Source of the DNA: Candidatus Micrarchaeota archaeon
Lineage (GTDB): Archaea; Micrarchaeota; Micrarchaeia; Micrarchaeales; CABMGC01
Assembly (NCBI GenBank): GCA_027371545.1
Contig: DAHXMW010000001.1
Location: 9,378 to 73,377, forward strand
Direction: 5' to 3'
Length of the DNA stretch: 64,000 nt
Part shown: positions 27,870 to 36,745 of the stretch, in pieces
Numbering within the stretch: position 1 is the stretch's first letter
How the letters are laid out: the number at the start of each line of letters is the position of its first letter
Translations under genes and position numbers: made by a program
Notes under the pieces: model-generated
Databases searched by the model: none
Told to the model about the DNA's origin: nothing
The model's input: the letters and a program-made list of their open reading frames with translations, nothing else

Positions 27870-29369
27870 ATGACAGGAAAAAAATCAAGAAAACTGATTA
27901 TAATCGGAATAGACTCTGCGCCGCTGTGGCTTCTTAAGAAGTTCTCCGCAGAGCATGATAAAAAAGACGGATTCTCCGAGGTATTTGGCTTTGGGAAGCG
28001 GGGCGTAATTGACCTCGAATCAACAATTCCTCCAATGACAGGTGCAGCATGGCCAAGTTTCTATACTGGGCTCCAACCTTCAAAGCATGGCTCTATGGAC
28101 TTCTTTGTGCTTGACAGACACTATACAAAGCAGCTTGTATACTTTGACAACTCAAAAGGGGCGTTTTGGGATATCCTGGGAAGACGGGGATTTGAAAGTT
28201 TCATAATAACTCCGCCTATGGCTGTCTCCCCAAGCAGCGAAAAGAATGTTCAGATGATGTCCGGCTGGCCTCTAGCCCCGCGATTCAGTTCCAATAAAAT
28301 AGAGAAATACGCGAAGAAAAGCAGCTTTGCAGGGGAGCCTGAGATAGAAAGGGAACTAAAGGAAGGGCGGATAACATTGGAGGAAGCGTCAACGCAGTAT
28401 ACAGCTAGCGCTAGGGCAAGGGCCAGGATGACAATGGAAATAGCAAAGCACGAGGATTTCGATCTGCTATTCTCATGCTTCACCGAGACGGACAGAATGC
28501 AGCACTATTCTCTTAACAATCAGAAGTGGGAGAACTACGTAATGCCAATATACTATGTAATATCTGAGGCGATAAGCGAACTTTACAAGTATGCATCGGG
28601 CAATTACGATGACTTTGCCATTATGATTGTTTCTGATCATGGCGCCCAGCCGATACGCTCAAAATTCCTCATTAATTCTTGGCTTATACGCGAGGGATAT
28701 GCCAACCTGAAGAAAAGCGTAGAAGAAAAATACAACTCCCAAAAAAGTAGCCCTGATGCGAGATATAAGATAAGAGAAATGCTGATGAGGAGCAAACTAA
28801 GAAAGGTTTACGATAAAATGCCAGGGAAGATTCACAACGCTGCGTACAGGGTTGCGGGAAGTTTGCTTTCAGGCGCATCAGCAGGAAGCTACACGCGCAT
28901 ACACGATTTTGATTTCGATATGAGGCGTACAAAGGCATTCGCATCAGTATCAAACGGGCCAATCAGCATGATATGGGTAAATGATTCAAGATTCGACATG
29001 CCTTCAGTTGAAAGACCATCTAAAGGCAAGATCAAGTCAGAGATTAAGAGAAGGCTGATGGGAATAAGGTCAATGGGAAATGGCGTCATTGCAAACGTTA
29101 TAGACGGCGAAGACTATTACGGAAAGAATCCTGCATTCATAGCCCCTGATCTTCTCATCGAGGCAGAAAGAGGATTCACGATAGACGTATTCAACTATTC
29201 AAATACGTCTTTTTACATGAAACCGGAGATCTCAAGGAGCGGTGACCATCAGCGGCATGGCATATTCGCCGTCAGGAGCAGATCAAAAAATGCAAGATGG
29301 CCAGGCAGAGGAGCATGGATAGGGGATATAAACGAATATATCCTGGAGTTTTTCAATTCTAGGCGATAA
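27870..29369 (+). CDS. AlkP-superfamily nucleotide pyrophosphatase/phosphodiesterase-like enzyme
   Basis: IGIDSA, ST.PP.T..AW.S.YTG, DR.QH, SDHG, SGDH metal and nucleophile motifs. Confidence 0.88.
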   Translation: MTGKKSRKLIIIGIDSAPLWLLKKFSAEHDKKDGFSEVFGFGKRGVIDLESTIPPMTGAAWPSFYTGLQPSKHGSMDFFVLDRHYTKQLVYFDNSKGAFWDILGRRGFESFIITPPMAVSPSSEKNVQMMSGWPLAPRFSSNKIEKYAKKSSFAGEPEIERELKEGRITLEEASTQYTASARARARMTMEIAKHEDFDLLFSCFTETDRMQHYSLNNQKWENYVMPIYYVISEAISELYKYASGNYDDFAIMIVSDHGAQPIRSKFLINSWLIREGYANLKKSVEEKYNSQKSSPDARYKIREMLMRSKLRKVYDKMPGKIHNAAYRVAGSLLSGASAGSYTRIHDFDFDMRRTKAFASVSNGPISMIWVNDSRFDMPSVERPSKGKIKSEIKRRLMGIRSMGNGVIANVIDGEDYYGKNPAFIAPDLLIEAERGFTIDVFNYSNTSFYMKPEISRSGDHQRHGIFAVRSRSKNARWPGRGAWIGDINEYILEFFNSRR

Positions 29370-29371
29370 CA

Positions 29372-30430
29372 ATGAAAGTATATCTGCTAGGTGGGCAAGG
29401 GCGCTTCGATAATTCATCAGGGGAAGGGGTATCCACCTATATGTACGAGATATACAGGGGCCTTAAGTCAAACAAAGGCATTAAAGCCAGCAAGATCGAG
29501 TATCCAATAAGGGACAGGACAGGAGGTGCATACTCGTGGTTCCGCATGGCAGTCATCGCTTCATTCAGCGATTATAGCCATGCAGACATAATCCACAAAG
29601 TTGACGTAAAGCCAATAAATCCTGTTAGAAAAGGCGCTGCAAAGATTGTCTCTACGGCGCATGACTTCCAGCCCCTCCTCGAGCCTGCTCTTGACTCGGA
29701 TATGTCTACTTCGCTAAAGGGGAGAATCCGACTTGCGCTTGAGACCAGATACTCCCTCAGGCTTATGCTCAAATCCGATTATCTGCTCGCAAACTCCACG
29801 CTCACAAAGAACGACGCCGTAAAGCTGGGCTTTGAGGGCAGCAGAACATTCGTGATAAACCATGGCATAGACAAGGCCTACATGTCTAACATGCCACGCA
29901 AAAAGGCTGGAAAAAAGTATGTTGTAGGATACATCGGAGCATTCAGGTCACGCAAAAATGTGGGGTTTGCAATACGCGCATTCAAAATGACATCTCAGAA
30001 AAACCTGGAGTTCAGGCTTTGGGGCAACAAGAGATATGAATACGAAAAGCTTGAATCTGCCGCAAGCGATGACAAGCGCATATATTTCATGGGCTTCGCT
30101 CCAGCGCAAAAGATAGTGGAAACATATGACAGCTTTGATGCATTTGTCTTCCCTAGCCTTTACGAAGGAATGGGGTATGAGATACTAGAAGCAAAAGCCA
30201 GAGGTTTGCCGGTAATAATATACAAGCATGCAAAGATACCCGAGGAAGTAAGGCGCTACTGCATAGAGGTTAAAGACGAGGGCGCAATGGCCGACGCCAT
30301 CGAGAATCTATGCTCTAACGGCCCAGACGATAGCATCATCTCCAAGGCTATGCGCGACGCTAGAAATTTCACATGGGAGAAGACAGTATCTAAAACAATA
30401 GAAGCATATGAAGAGATACGCGAAGCCTAG
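29372..30430 (+). CDS. Glycosyltransferase family 4
   Basis: T.HD, RKN, FVFPSLYEG.G..ILEA.A.G.PV, F.WE. Confidence 0.92.
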   Translation: MKVYLLGGQGRFDNSSGEGVSTYMYEIYRGLKSNKGIKASKIEYPIRDRTGGAYSWFRMAVIASFSDYSHADIIHKVDVKPINPVRKGAAKIVSTAHDFQPLLEPALDSDMSTSLKGRIRLALETRYSLRLMLKSDYLLANSTLTKNDAVKLGFEGSRTFVINHGIDKAYMSNMPRKKAGKKYVVGYIGAFRSRKNVGFAIRAFKMTSQKNLEFRLWGNKRYEYEKLESAASDDKRIYFMGFAPAQKIVETYDSFDAFVFPSLYEGMGYEILEAKARGLPVIIYKHAKIPEEVRRYCIEVKDEGAMADAIENLCSNGPDDSIISKAMRDARNFTWEKTVSKTIEAYEEIREA

Positions 30431-31635
30431 TATATTACGCCTATACCTGCAAACTTTCCGGAATCATAAATAAGAAACCTTCCCATCTCTGGACACTCTG
30501 CAGCGCTCTCTATAACTGTGCTTTTCGAAAGCCTGACTTTTGCCTTTCCTGTGCCTAACGGCTTAATAGAGCCTGCTTTCATAATCATCCCGCTCTTCAG
30601 ATCCATCTCGCCGAATACAGAGATATCCGCCATTAGCTCAATGCCATTCATCCTTATCTGCACTTTTTTAGGTATCCTACTCACAGAAAACATCATTGCC
30701 TCAAATTCTGTACCGCACCTGGGATTGCTTTTAAGATCAAATCCCACGCATCCGCGGGTTGCAGATGCTCCTGACATTTCCAGTGCCACATTATTTCCTT
30801 CCGAAGCAACACCCCTCTCTTTTCCCTTGACATATATTGATTTAACCTGCGCGTCTTTTCCAAGAGGCATAATGCGCATCTTCTGCCCTCCTCTCAATTT
30901 CCCGGTTATCAACTTACCGGTATATAATGTCTTCTTTCCGCTCCTTATGCTTCCCTGGAACAAGAGCCTCAGCACCTGGTTACCTTCCTTTTTAGCAGAT
31001 GTTGCCTCATAAATAAGGTTCATTAGCGGCTTGCCCATATACCATCCAATGCGCGCAGAGCGCTTTACAAGATTATCTGCTTTATATGCAGATACAGGTA
31101 CAAAGCTTATCGAACTCTGTTCAAAACCTATATTCATACAGAATTCCCGTACAGAATCCCTGATAAGTTCAAACTTCTCCTTTCTATATTCAATAGCGTC
31201 CATCTTGTTTACTGCTACTACTACTCTCCTTATCCCAAGCAGTTTCGCCAGTACGAGGTGTCTCCTTGTCTGCTCCGTTATCCCTTCTCCGTCCTTCGCA
31301 GAGACCATAAGCACGGCAAAATCCCCATAAGATGCGCCGCTTATCATATTGCCTATAAGCTCTTCGTGGCCTGGAACATCTATAAATTCGAAAGCAGCGT
31401 CCTTATAAGTAATCTGTGCCCTTGTGGTGTCTATCGTCAGTCCGCCTTCACGCTCCTCCTCAAAGCTATCTAGTATGAAACCTGGCTCAAAGTTCCTTCC
31501 TAGTTTCCTGCTTACGTTTTTTGCCTCTTCAATCCTCTGTTTTGTTGCAGACCCTGTGGCTATAAGGAGGCTTCCTATCAGAGTAGATTTGCCATGATCC
31601 TTATTTCCCAGAAGGGTAACCCTTTTGATGTCCAA
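30427..31635 (-). CDS. cysN: Sulfate adenylyltransferase GTPase subunit (CysN-like, EF-Tu family; no fused APS kinase)
   Basis: G.KDHGKSTLIG, GLTID, D.PGH, NMISGAS, EQTRRH, NKMD; adjacent to cysD. Confidence 0.85.
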   Translation of the reverse strand: MDIKRVTLLGNKDHGKSTLIGSLLIATGSATKQRIEEAKNVSRKLGRNFEPGFILDSFEEEREGGLTIDTTRAQITYKDAAFEFIDVPGHEELIGNMISGASYGDFAVLMVSAKDGEGITEQTRRHLVLAKLLGIRRVVVAVNKMDAIEYRKEKFELIRDSVREFCMNIGFEQSSISFVPVSAYKADNLVKRSARIGWYMGKPLMNLIYEATSAKKEGNQVLRLLFQGSIRSGKKTLYTGKLITGKLRGGQKMRIMPLGKDAQVKSIYVKGKERGVASEGNNVALEMSGASATRGCVGFDLKSNPRCGTEFEAMMFSVSRIPKKVQIRMNGIELMADISVFGEMDLKSGMIMKAGSIKPLGTGKAKVRLSKSTVIESAAECPEMGRFLIYDSGKFAGIGVIY

Positions 31636-31643
31636 ACAAGCAC

Positions 31644-32432
31644 CTACATATATCCAAGCGCCCTTAACTTCTCCATAACATATGCTTTCTCCTTGTCCTG
31701 CTCTCTCCCTGCTCTCTCTTCAGTCTCCGTTACCTTGAGCTCACCCATTATCTGCTTGACGCTCTTTGCATTTGATTTTACGGGAACTGTGCAATGCGTA
31801 CATCCAAGGCTTCTATACCTATATCCGTTGCTGGAATAATAAAGCGGATTTACTGGCACCTTCATCTTCATTGTATACTGCCATATATCTATCTCATTCC
31901 AATCGAGTATCGGATGAACGCGTATATGCCCTTTCGTATCCATCTTGGAGGAATAGTTGTTCCAAAGCTCAGCTGGCTGGTCCTTGTAATTCCACTTGAA
32001 CTCAGTATCCCTTGGGCTAAAGTACCTTTCCTTTGCCCTTATTCCATGCTCGTCCCTGCGTATTGATACGATAAGCGCATCAAATCCGTGCTCTTTCATA
32101 ACTTCCTTTAGTGCATCTGTCTTGTTAGACCCGCAGCAACTGAATCCGGAAAGCTCCGGTTTTATCCTACTCTTAGCAACTATCAACTCCAGGCCCCATT
32201 TTTTAGCTAAGTCGTCCCTGAACTTATAAGTTTCCGGGAAGTCTATTCCGTTGTCTATATGTATCACGGGAAAAGGCACCTTTCCTAGAAACGCCCTTCG
32301 CGCTATCATTATCATTGCAGTGGAGTCCTTGCCGCCCGACCACAGCGCAGCAACATTCTCAAACTTCTCCTTTGTCTCGCGTATTATATACGCACTCTTC
32401 TCTTCCAACTCGCCTATATTCTGCATTATCAT
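31644..32432 (-). CDS. cysD: Sulfate adenylyltransferase subunit 2
   Basis: YIIRE, WSGGKDS, RRDE..RAKER.FS.R, QP.ELW, RVHP...W, YRSLGC. Confidence 0.93.
   Translation of the reverse strand: MIMQNIGELEEKSAYIIRETKEKFENVAALWSGGKDSTAMIMIARRAFLGKVPFPVIHIDNGIDFPETYKFRDDLAKKWGLELIVAKSRIKPELSGFSCCGSNKTDALKEVMKEHGFDALIVSIRRDEHGIRAKERYFSPRDTEFKWNYKDQPAELWNNYSSKMDTKGHIRVHPILDWNEIDIWQYTMKMKVPVNPLYYSSNGYRYRSLGCTHCTVPVKSNAKSVKQIMGELKVTETEERAGREQDKEKAYVMEKLRALGYM
31650..31676. repeat. 27-bp direct repeat, copy 1 (3' end of cysD)
   Basis: ATATCCAAGCGCCCTTAACTTCTCCAT identical to 32733-32759; encodes MEKLRALGY on the minus strand. Confidence 0.9.
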
Positions 32433-32720
32433 CTAATCCACCTTATTCATATTCGAGAGTCCTTTGAGGTAAATCAGGGCTCCTTCAAATCTCTTCCCAT
32501 CCTTAACTGCAACAGGTACTTTTGCGACAAGCTTTCTTTTCGAATCGTAAAGCCCTACGTAAGACTTGTTCATATCATCTGCCTTTCTGAGTCCATGCTC
32601 AAAGACAACGTGATAATATCTTATATTAGAACCTCCAAGCTTCTCTCGAAGCCTATTCCAATTTTCAGCAGTATTAGCCGACCACAACGAATCAACTATA
32701 TTATCAATTTCCTTAGCCAT
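32433..32720 (-). CDS. Hypothetical protein (95 aa) between RHH gene and cysD
   Basis: Abuts both neighbours with no gap; no recognised motif. Confidence 0.75.
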   Translation of the reverse strand: MAKEIDNIVDSLWSANTAENWNRLREKLGGSNIRYYHVVFEHGLRKADDMNKSYVGLYDSKRKLVAKVPVAVKDGKRFEGALIYLKGLSNMNKVD

Positions 32721-32948
32721 TCAATCGCCTAAATATCCAAGCGCCCTTAACTTCTCCATGACAGTGCTCTTCTGCCTTGCTTTTCCGTGTTTCTCCATCT
32801 CCAACTCAGCAACAGTCTCGCGCAAGACATATGTTGCGTAGTCAGAGACCGAAGAGAAACCAGTACTGCCTATAAGCCTCTCTACGTTATCAAACAGTGC
32901 TGTCGGTATCGTTATCGTTGTATACTTCCTTCTTGTATGCGTCGCCAA
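32721..32948 (-). CDS. CopG/ribbon-helix-helix transcriptional regulator with C-terminal MEKLRALGY
   Basis: YTTITIP..L...V..L....GFSSVSDY..Y.LRE RHH pattern; TTG start after GTGAT. Confidence 0.85.
   Translation of the reverse strand: MATHTRRKYTTITIPTALFDNVERLIGSTGFSSVSDYATYVLRETVAELEMEKHGKARQKSTVMEKLRALGYLGD
32733..32759. repeat. 27-bp direct repeat, copy 2 (3' end of RHH gene)
   Basis: Identical to 31650-31676, 1083 bp apart. Confidence 0.9.
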
Positions 32949-33145
32949 GTTATCACAAATGTAATTTAATGTTACAACATTAAAATATAAAAAGACATCG
33001 GTCAATAAACCTTATGTAAAAAATTATTCTTCTACATAAGAAGTGACGATTTTTATCCATTTACTACACAAAACCCTATCAATAGGTAAATATAAGGTCG
33101 CAAAAATGCGGCAGACCTGCGCTGCTACAGTTTCAACTAACAATT

Positions 33146-33215
33146 GCGGCAGGCATCATCACATCGACCTATAATCATGGGTCATCGTGTCCTGACCCTA
33201 TCATCTGCCTACCGC
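33146..33215 (-). ncRNA. Box C/D 2'-O-methylation guide sRNA
   Basis: 10-bp terminal stem; C(AUGAUAG)-12 nt-D'(AUGA)-3 nt-C'(AUGAUUA)-12 nt-D(AUGA); D guide antisense to CACAUCGACC; TTAAAAAT ~30 nt upstream. Confidence 0.75.
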
Positions 33216-33453
33216 AGGCCAAGACAGTAATGTATGTAACCTAATATTTTTAAGAATGGACAACCAACCATGCCATGCAGCTACATGCACAGCGAAAAGC
33301 GGAAAGAGAAAAAAACTCACGATAAAGTATTTCTGCAACTGTATAGATGCAGCAGCCGACTCTGCCAGCTATATTCGTTAATTAGCGAATATGGTGGCAG
33401 GTTGCACTGCATTTAAAATACTTTTTAGGCAAGTATTAAATATCGGTGGAAAA

Positions 33454-33855
33454 ATGGTAGGTGTGAAAAATACGCGAAAAATTTCGGCTGCTAGCCCAAG
33501 GGCTTTCTACATGGAGCTTCTGGGAAGCATAATATACATGGTACTTGCATTCGCTGTTACTGGATTTGCAGCCAGTGCAGGTTCGTATGCAAATACACAG
33601 TGGAACGGAGCTGGTGCTTTGTGGTTGCCTGTCCTGTATGCCGGGGCAATAGTGAGCGCGATAGCTCTATTCTTTCTGAGCTTTGCAAATGCCGGCGAGT
33701 TCAACAATACACATCCTAAGAAAACATACGTCTTCTCGCTTGTAGGTGGATTTTCCCTTGTCGCACTGACATTCAACTCATCGCTCTTCTTGGGTGCGAT
33801 AATAGGCTTTGTCCTTGCCTTTGTAGGTGTGTTATCCGAAGAAAGGACAGAATAA
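33454..33855 (+). CDS. Four-TM membrane protein of unknown function
   Basis: Hydrophobic ORF; GGTGG RBS before ATG 33454. Confidence 0.7.
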   Translation: MVGVKNTRKISAASPRAFYMELLGSIIYMVLAFAVTGFAASAGSYANTQWNGAGALWLPVLYAGAIVSAIALFFLSFANAGEFNNTHPKKTYVFSLVGGFSLVALTFNSSLFLGAIIGFVLAFVGVLSEERTE

Positions 33856-33873
33856 CAAACCGTATTGTATCGT

Positions 33874-33908
33874 GCGGTCCTCCTGGAAAGTGGTGGACCG
33901 CCTTTTTT
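33874..33908 (+). terminator. Hairpin plus T-tract
   Basis: GCGGTCC..14 nt..GGACCGC then CTTTTTT, 18 nt after a stop codon, between convergent genes. Confidence 0.5.
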
Positions 33909-33959
33909 CTAAGATAAAGAGCTGCTGTTTCTGGCGTGTCCTAAAACTTGTAAAAGAGA

Positions 33960-36704
33960 TTAGCTGCTGTTGTATAATATCCTGAATACCTTTGTATCGG
34001 AGTTGGAGTATACCTGCTCCATTCTGGCCACGGTTCCGTTTGTATTCCATTCGCATACATTGTTATTGCAGAAGTAAAGCAGTCTTATAAAGTTGCTCTG
34101 CGCAAGCGCGGTGCCTAGCATAAGCGCTCCTGTCATGTTGCTGAAAGGGGGTTTAATTTCCGGCGGACTGCTTGGGTTCGGAACGCTGGAATAGGTTATC
34201 ATAAACAAATCCCCGTTGGTGTTGTTAAGCGTCTGTTTCAGAATGCTGTAGTTTCCATTGTACTGATTATAGAACGCAACATAAGAAAAAGGCGAGAGGA
34301 CTGTCTGCCCCGACTTGGTAGGCTCAATCACATACGCACCTACCTCGCTCTGATTCGTCACCCTGACAAGTACCTTGTATCCGCTGTTACTTCCAAAGAC
34401 ATAGTCTATGCTGTTGCCGCTAATCGAAGGGCTGAAGTTGTTGAATTGTATATACCCATAATAGCTTTCATTCAGGCTTATATTGGCCTCAGTGTATATC
34501 CCGCTCAATTCGCTAAGCCACGCATATCGTATGAGGAAGTAGTCTGGCCTGCCATTTATGCTGCTCGTTAAGAACTGCGGATCTGGGCTTGCGTTAAGCA
34601 GCCAGGCAGCAAAAGGATCTGCTTTTGAGGCATTCTGCGAACCAACGCTATCCGTAACGCTTATCCTCTGCGCCCATCCCTCTATCACGCTTCCATCCGG
34701 CCAGAGCGTCAGGAATGTGCTATTTGTAGGGGTGTTTGTGCGTATCCAGTTCAATGCACTAAGGAAAGTGGGATTTATAAAATCAGCCTGCGTCACATCT
34801 GAAGAGTACGCTATGTCAAAATAGCCGAGCACGAATATTATCAGCACAACCATAAAAAGGTATTTGCTATTGGCGCTGCTCAAGAAAAGATAAGCATAAA
34901 TGCTTATTGCAAGGGCGATACCAAGAGGTATTATCGCATAAACCAATCCCAGGGTTATCTGTAGCGCATTAAACTGAAACGCTAAGAAAGCAATTGAAAA
35001 TGCGGTAAGCAGAATTGCCCAAAGAATCTTTTTTTCTTTGCTTACATTATCCTTAAACGGTCCGTAAGGAGAGAACAGGAATAGGGCGACCACAGTAAAG
35101 GTTGCAGCGAGAACCAGAGATAGAGAAACTCCTATGCCTGCAAAATTGTAAAGCTCTATTCCTATTCCCAAGCTAGCAAATACCGAAATAAGCCCATCCG
35201 AAAGCGTGTAAAGCCTGCCTCTACGGACAGAATTAACTATCAGCCAATAAATGGCATAAGCGGAGAATATCGCTATTGGGACTGCGACAAGGGAATTGAA
35301 TCTTATTGCATGTATCTGCAGATAAGCAGTTACGATAAAGTACGCGGCAAAGGCCGCAAAAGCTTCACCTGCCTCAAACCTTATCCTTGGTATGCCTGAC
35401 ATAATGCCTTTCCCAGAGTCGTAAATCTGCATAAAGAAGAAAGGTAGCATTGTCACAAGGAGTATTATGAAGTCTATGAAAAAGTATACTGTGGATACGC
35501 TGCACGAAGGAGAATTAAGATTCAGTATGGCAGCAAAGGCCATGAAAATTGATGTAGGATTTGCAAATAAGTTTATTCCAAAACTGTCAAACAGGAAGCT
35601 GAAGCTTGGGGGCTGGAGTTCCTGTATCGTCGCACTGAACTTATTGTTTATTATTGCCCCATTGTCTACGAACACAGAACAGAGGAACGGATGGGCAAAG
35701 ACATCAAGCACTATTATAAAAACTGCGGCTATTACAATTGCATATATGAGTTTGGCTTTGGAAGTATAAAGACCTTCAGTGGCAAGCTTCTTGAAGATGT
35801 CTCGCCGTTCTCCGTAATCAAGACCTAACCACGCAGCAACGGTAACAATCAGTATGGCTACAAAATAGATCCCCGTAAGCGGCTGGACTATTATAAATCC
35901 AAGCGCTTCGTACAGTCTCACAAGGAGCCACCATACTGCAAGGGCAAGTGCCATGTATACTACGCTTGATCTGAGTTTTTTGCTGTCATATACGAATCCC
36001 AAAAGCATTATCAGGAGCATTGCAAGGTAGTAGACCGCTGTGGCGAACGGTGCGCCATTCCACACATAATTGCAGATGCTCAAAAAGATACCTGACATTA
36101 CCGCAAAAAACAGTTTCCTTTTTTGTTTTTCTTCCCTAAAAATCTGCAGGGCAAATACCAGTGACATTATCAGGAATATCGTGATGAATCCGTCACCCCT
36201 GTAAACAAGTGCGTTTGTCCTAGCCGCATCGCCTGAACTAAGCGCAACGAATGCCATTACCAAGAGGCCAAAAAACCTGTCCTTGCTTAGATACCTAGAT
36301 AGCAGATATGCTCCCAATACATCAAAAATACCAAATAATACCGGTATAAGCCTCATTATTGTATAATAATTAATGCCGAAATAGCGCAGCAACATATACG
36401 GGATCAAGGTTACTTCATAAAGGCCATTTGGTTCTATTACCGGAGTGTGCGCTGGCCATCCAGACAGGGCGGAATACTTCGGTATCTGAAAATTATTCGC
36501 TACTGCCTGCCTTATTATTGAATAATGGTAAAATCCATCCGGCTCAAAGAAACCTGTAAGATGATACATGCCTACTCTAAGGTAGACTGTAACCCCAAGT
36601 ATTGCGATTACTCCTATGTAAAAAAGTAGGTTTTTAGTATTAATGGAAGGTAAGTTCCTCTTGCCGCCTGCGGCATCATTATTGTTGGATAATTCTTTTT
36701 CCAT
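33960..36704 (-). CDS. aglB: Oligosaccharyltransferase AglB/STT3 family (divergent motifs)
   Basis: EPDGFYH, TIQELQP (TIXE), many TM segments, AL.WI..NT..NS..LTLWPDGS.I at the WWDYG position. Confidence 0.88.
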   Translation of the reverse strand: MEKELSNNNDAAGGKRNLPSINTKNLLFYIGVIAILGVTVYLRVGMYHLTGFFEPDGFYHYSIIRQAVANNFQIPKYSALSGWPAHTPVIEPNGLYEVTLIPYMLLRYFGINYYTIMRLIPVLFGIFDVLGAYLLSRYLSKDRFFGLLVMAFVALSSGDAARTNALVYRGDGFITIFLIMSLVFALQIFREEKQKRKLFFAVMSGIFLSICNYVWNGAPFATAVYYLAMLLIMLLGFVYDSKKLRSSVVYMALALAVWWLLVRLYEALGFIIVQPLTGIYFVAILIVTVAAWLGLDYGERRDIFKKLATEGLYTSKAKLIYAIVIAAVFIIVLDVFAHPFLCSVFVDNGAIINNKFSATIQELQPPSFSFLFDSFGINLFANPTSIFMAFAAILNLNSPSCSVSTVYFFIDFIILLVTMLPFFFMQIYDSGKGIMSGIPRIRFEAGEAFAAFAAYFIVTAYLQIHAIRFNSLVAVPIAIFSAYAIYWLIVNSVRRGRLYTLSDGLISVFASLGIGIELYNFAGIGVSLSLVLAATFTVVALFLFSPYGPFKDNVSKEKKILWAILLTAFSIAFLAFQFNALQITLGLVYAIIPLGIALAISIYAYLFLSSANSKYLFMVVLIIFVLGYFDIAYSSDVTQADFINPTFLSALNWIRTNTPTNSTFLTLWPDGSVIEGWAQRISVTDSVGSQNASKADPFAAWLLNASPDPQFLTSSINGRPDYFLIRYAWLSELSGIYTEANISLNESYYGYIQFNNFSPSISGNSIDYVFGSNSGYKVLVRVTNQSEVGAYVIEPTKSGQTVLSPFSYVAFYNQYNGNYSILKQTLNNTNGDLFMITYSSVPNPSSPPEIKPPFSNMTGALMLGTALAQSNFIRLLYFCNNNVCEWNTNGTVARMEQVYSNSDTKVFRILYNSS

Positions 36705-36745
36705 CAGAAACACAGTAGACAGTTAAGCAGACACCTGATGGTACT

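Noticed and set aside
30427..31635. Elongation factor EF-1alpha, SelB or HBS1 paralogue
   Set aside because: Adjacency to cysD and NMISGAS/EQTRRH motifs fit CysN better.
33146..33215. Fluoride riboswitch (3' end UGAUGAUGCCU resembles the crcB motif)
   Set aside because: The 5' GGxGAUGG..pseudoknot pattern is missing, no fluoride-related gene follows, and box C/D architecture explains the whole element.
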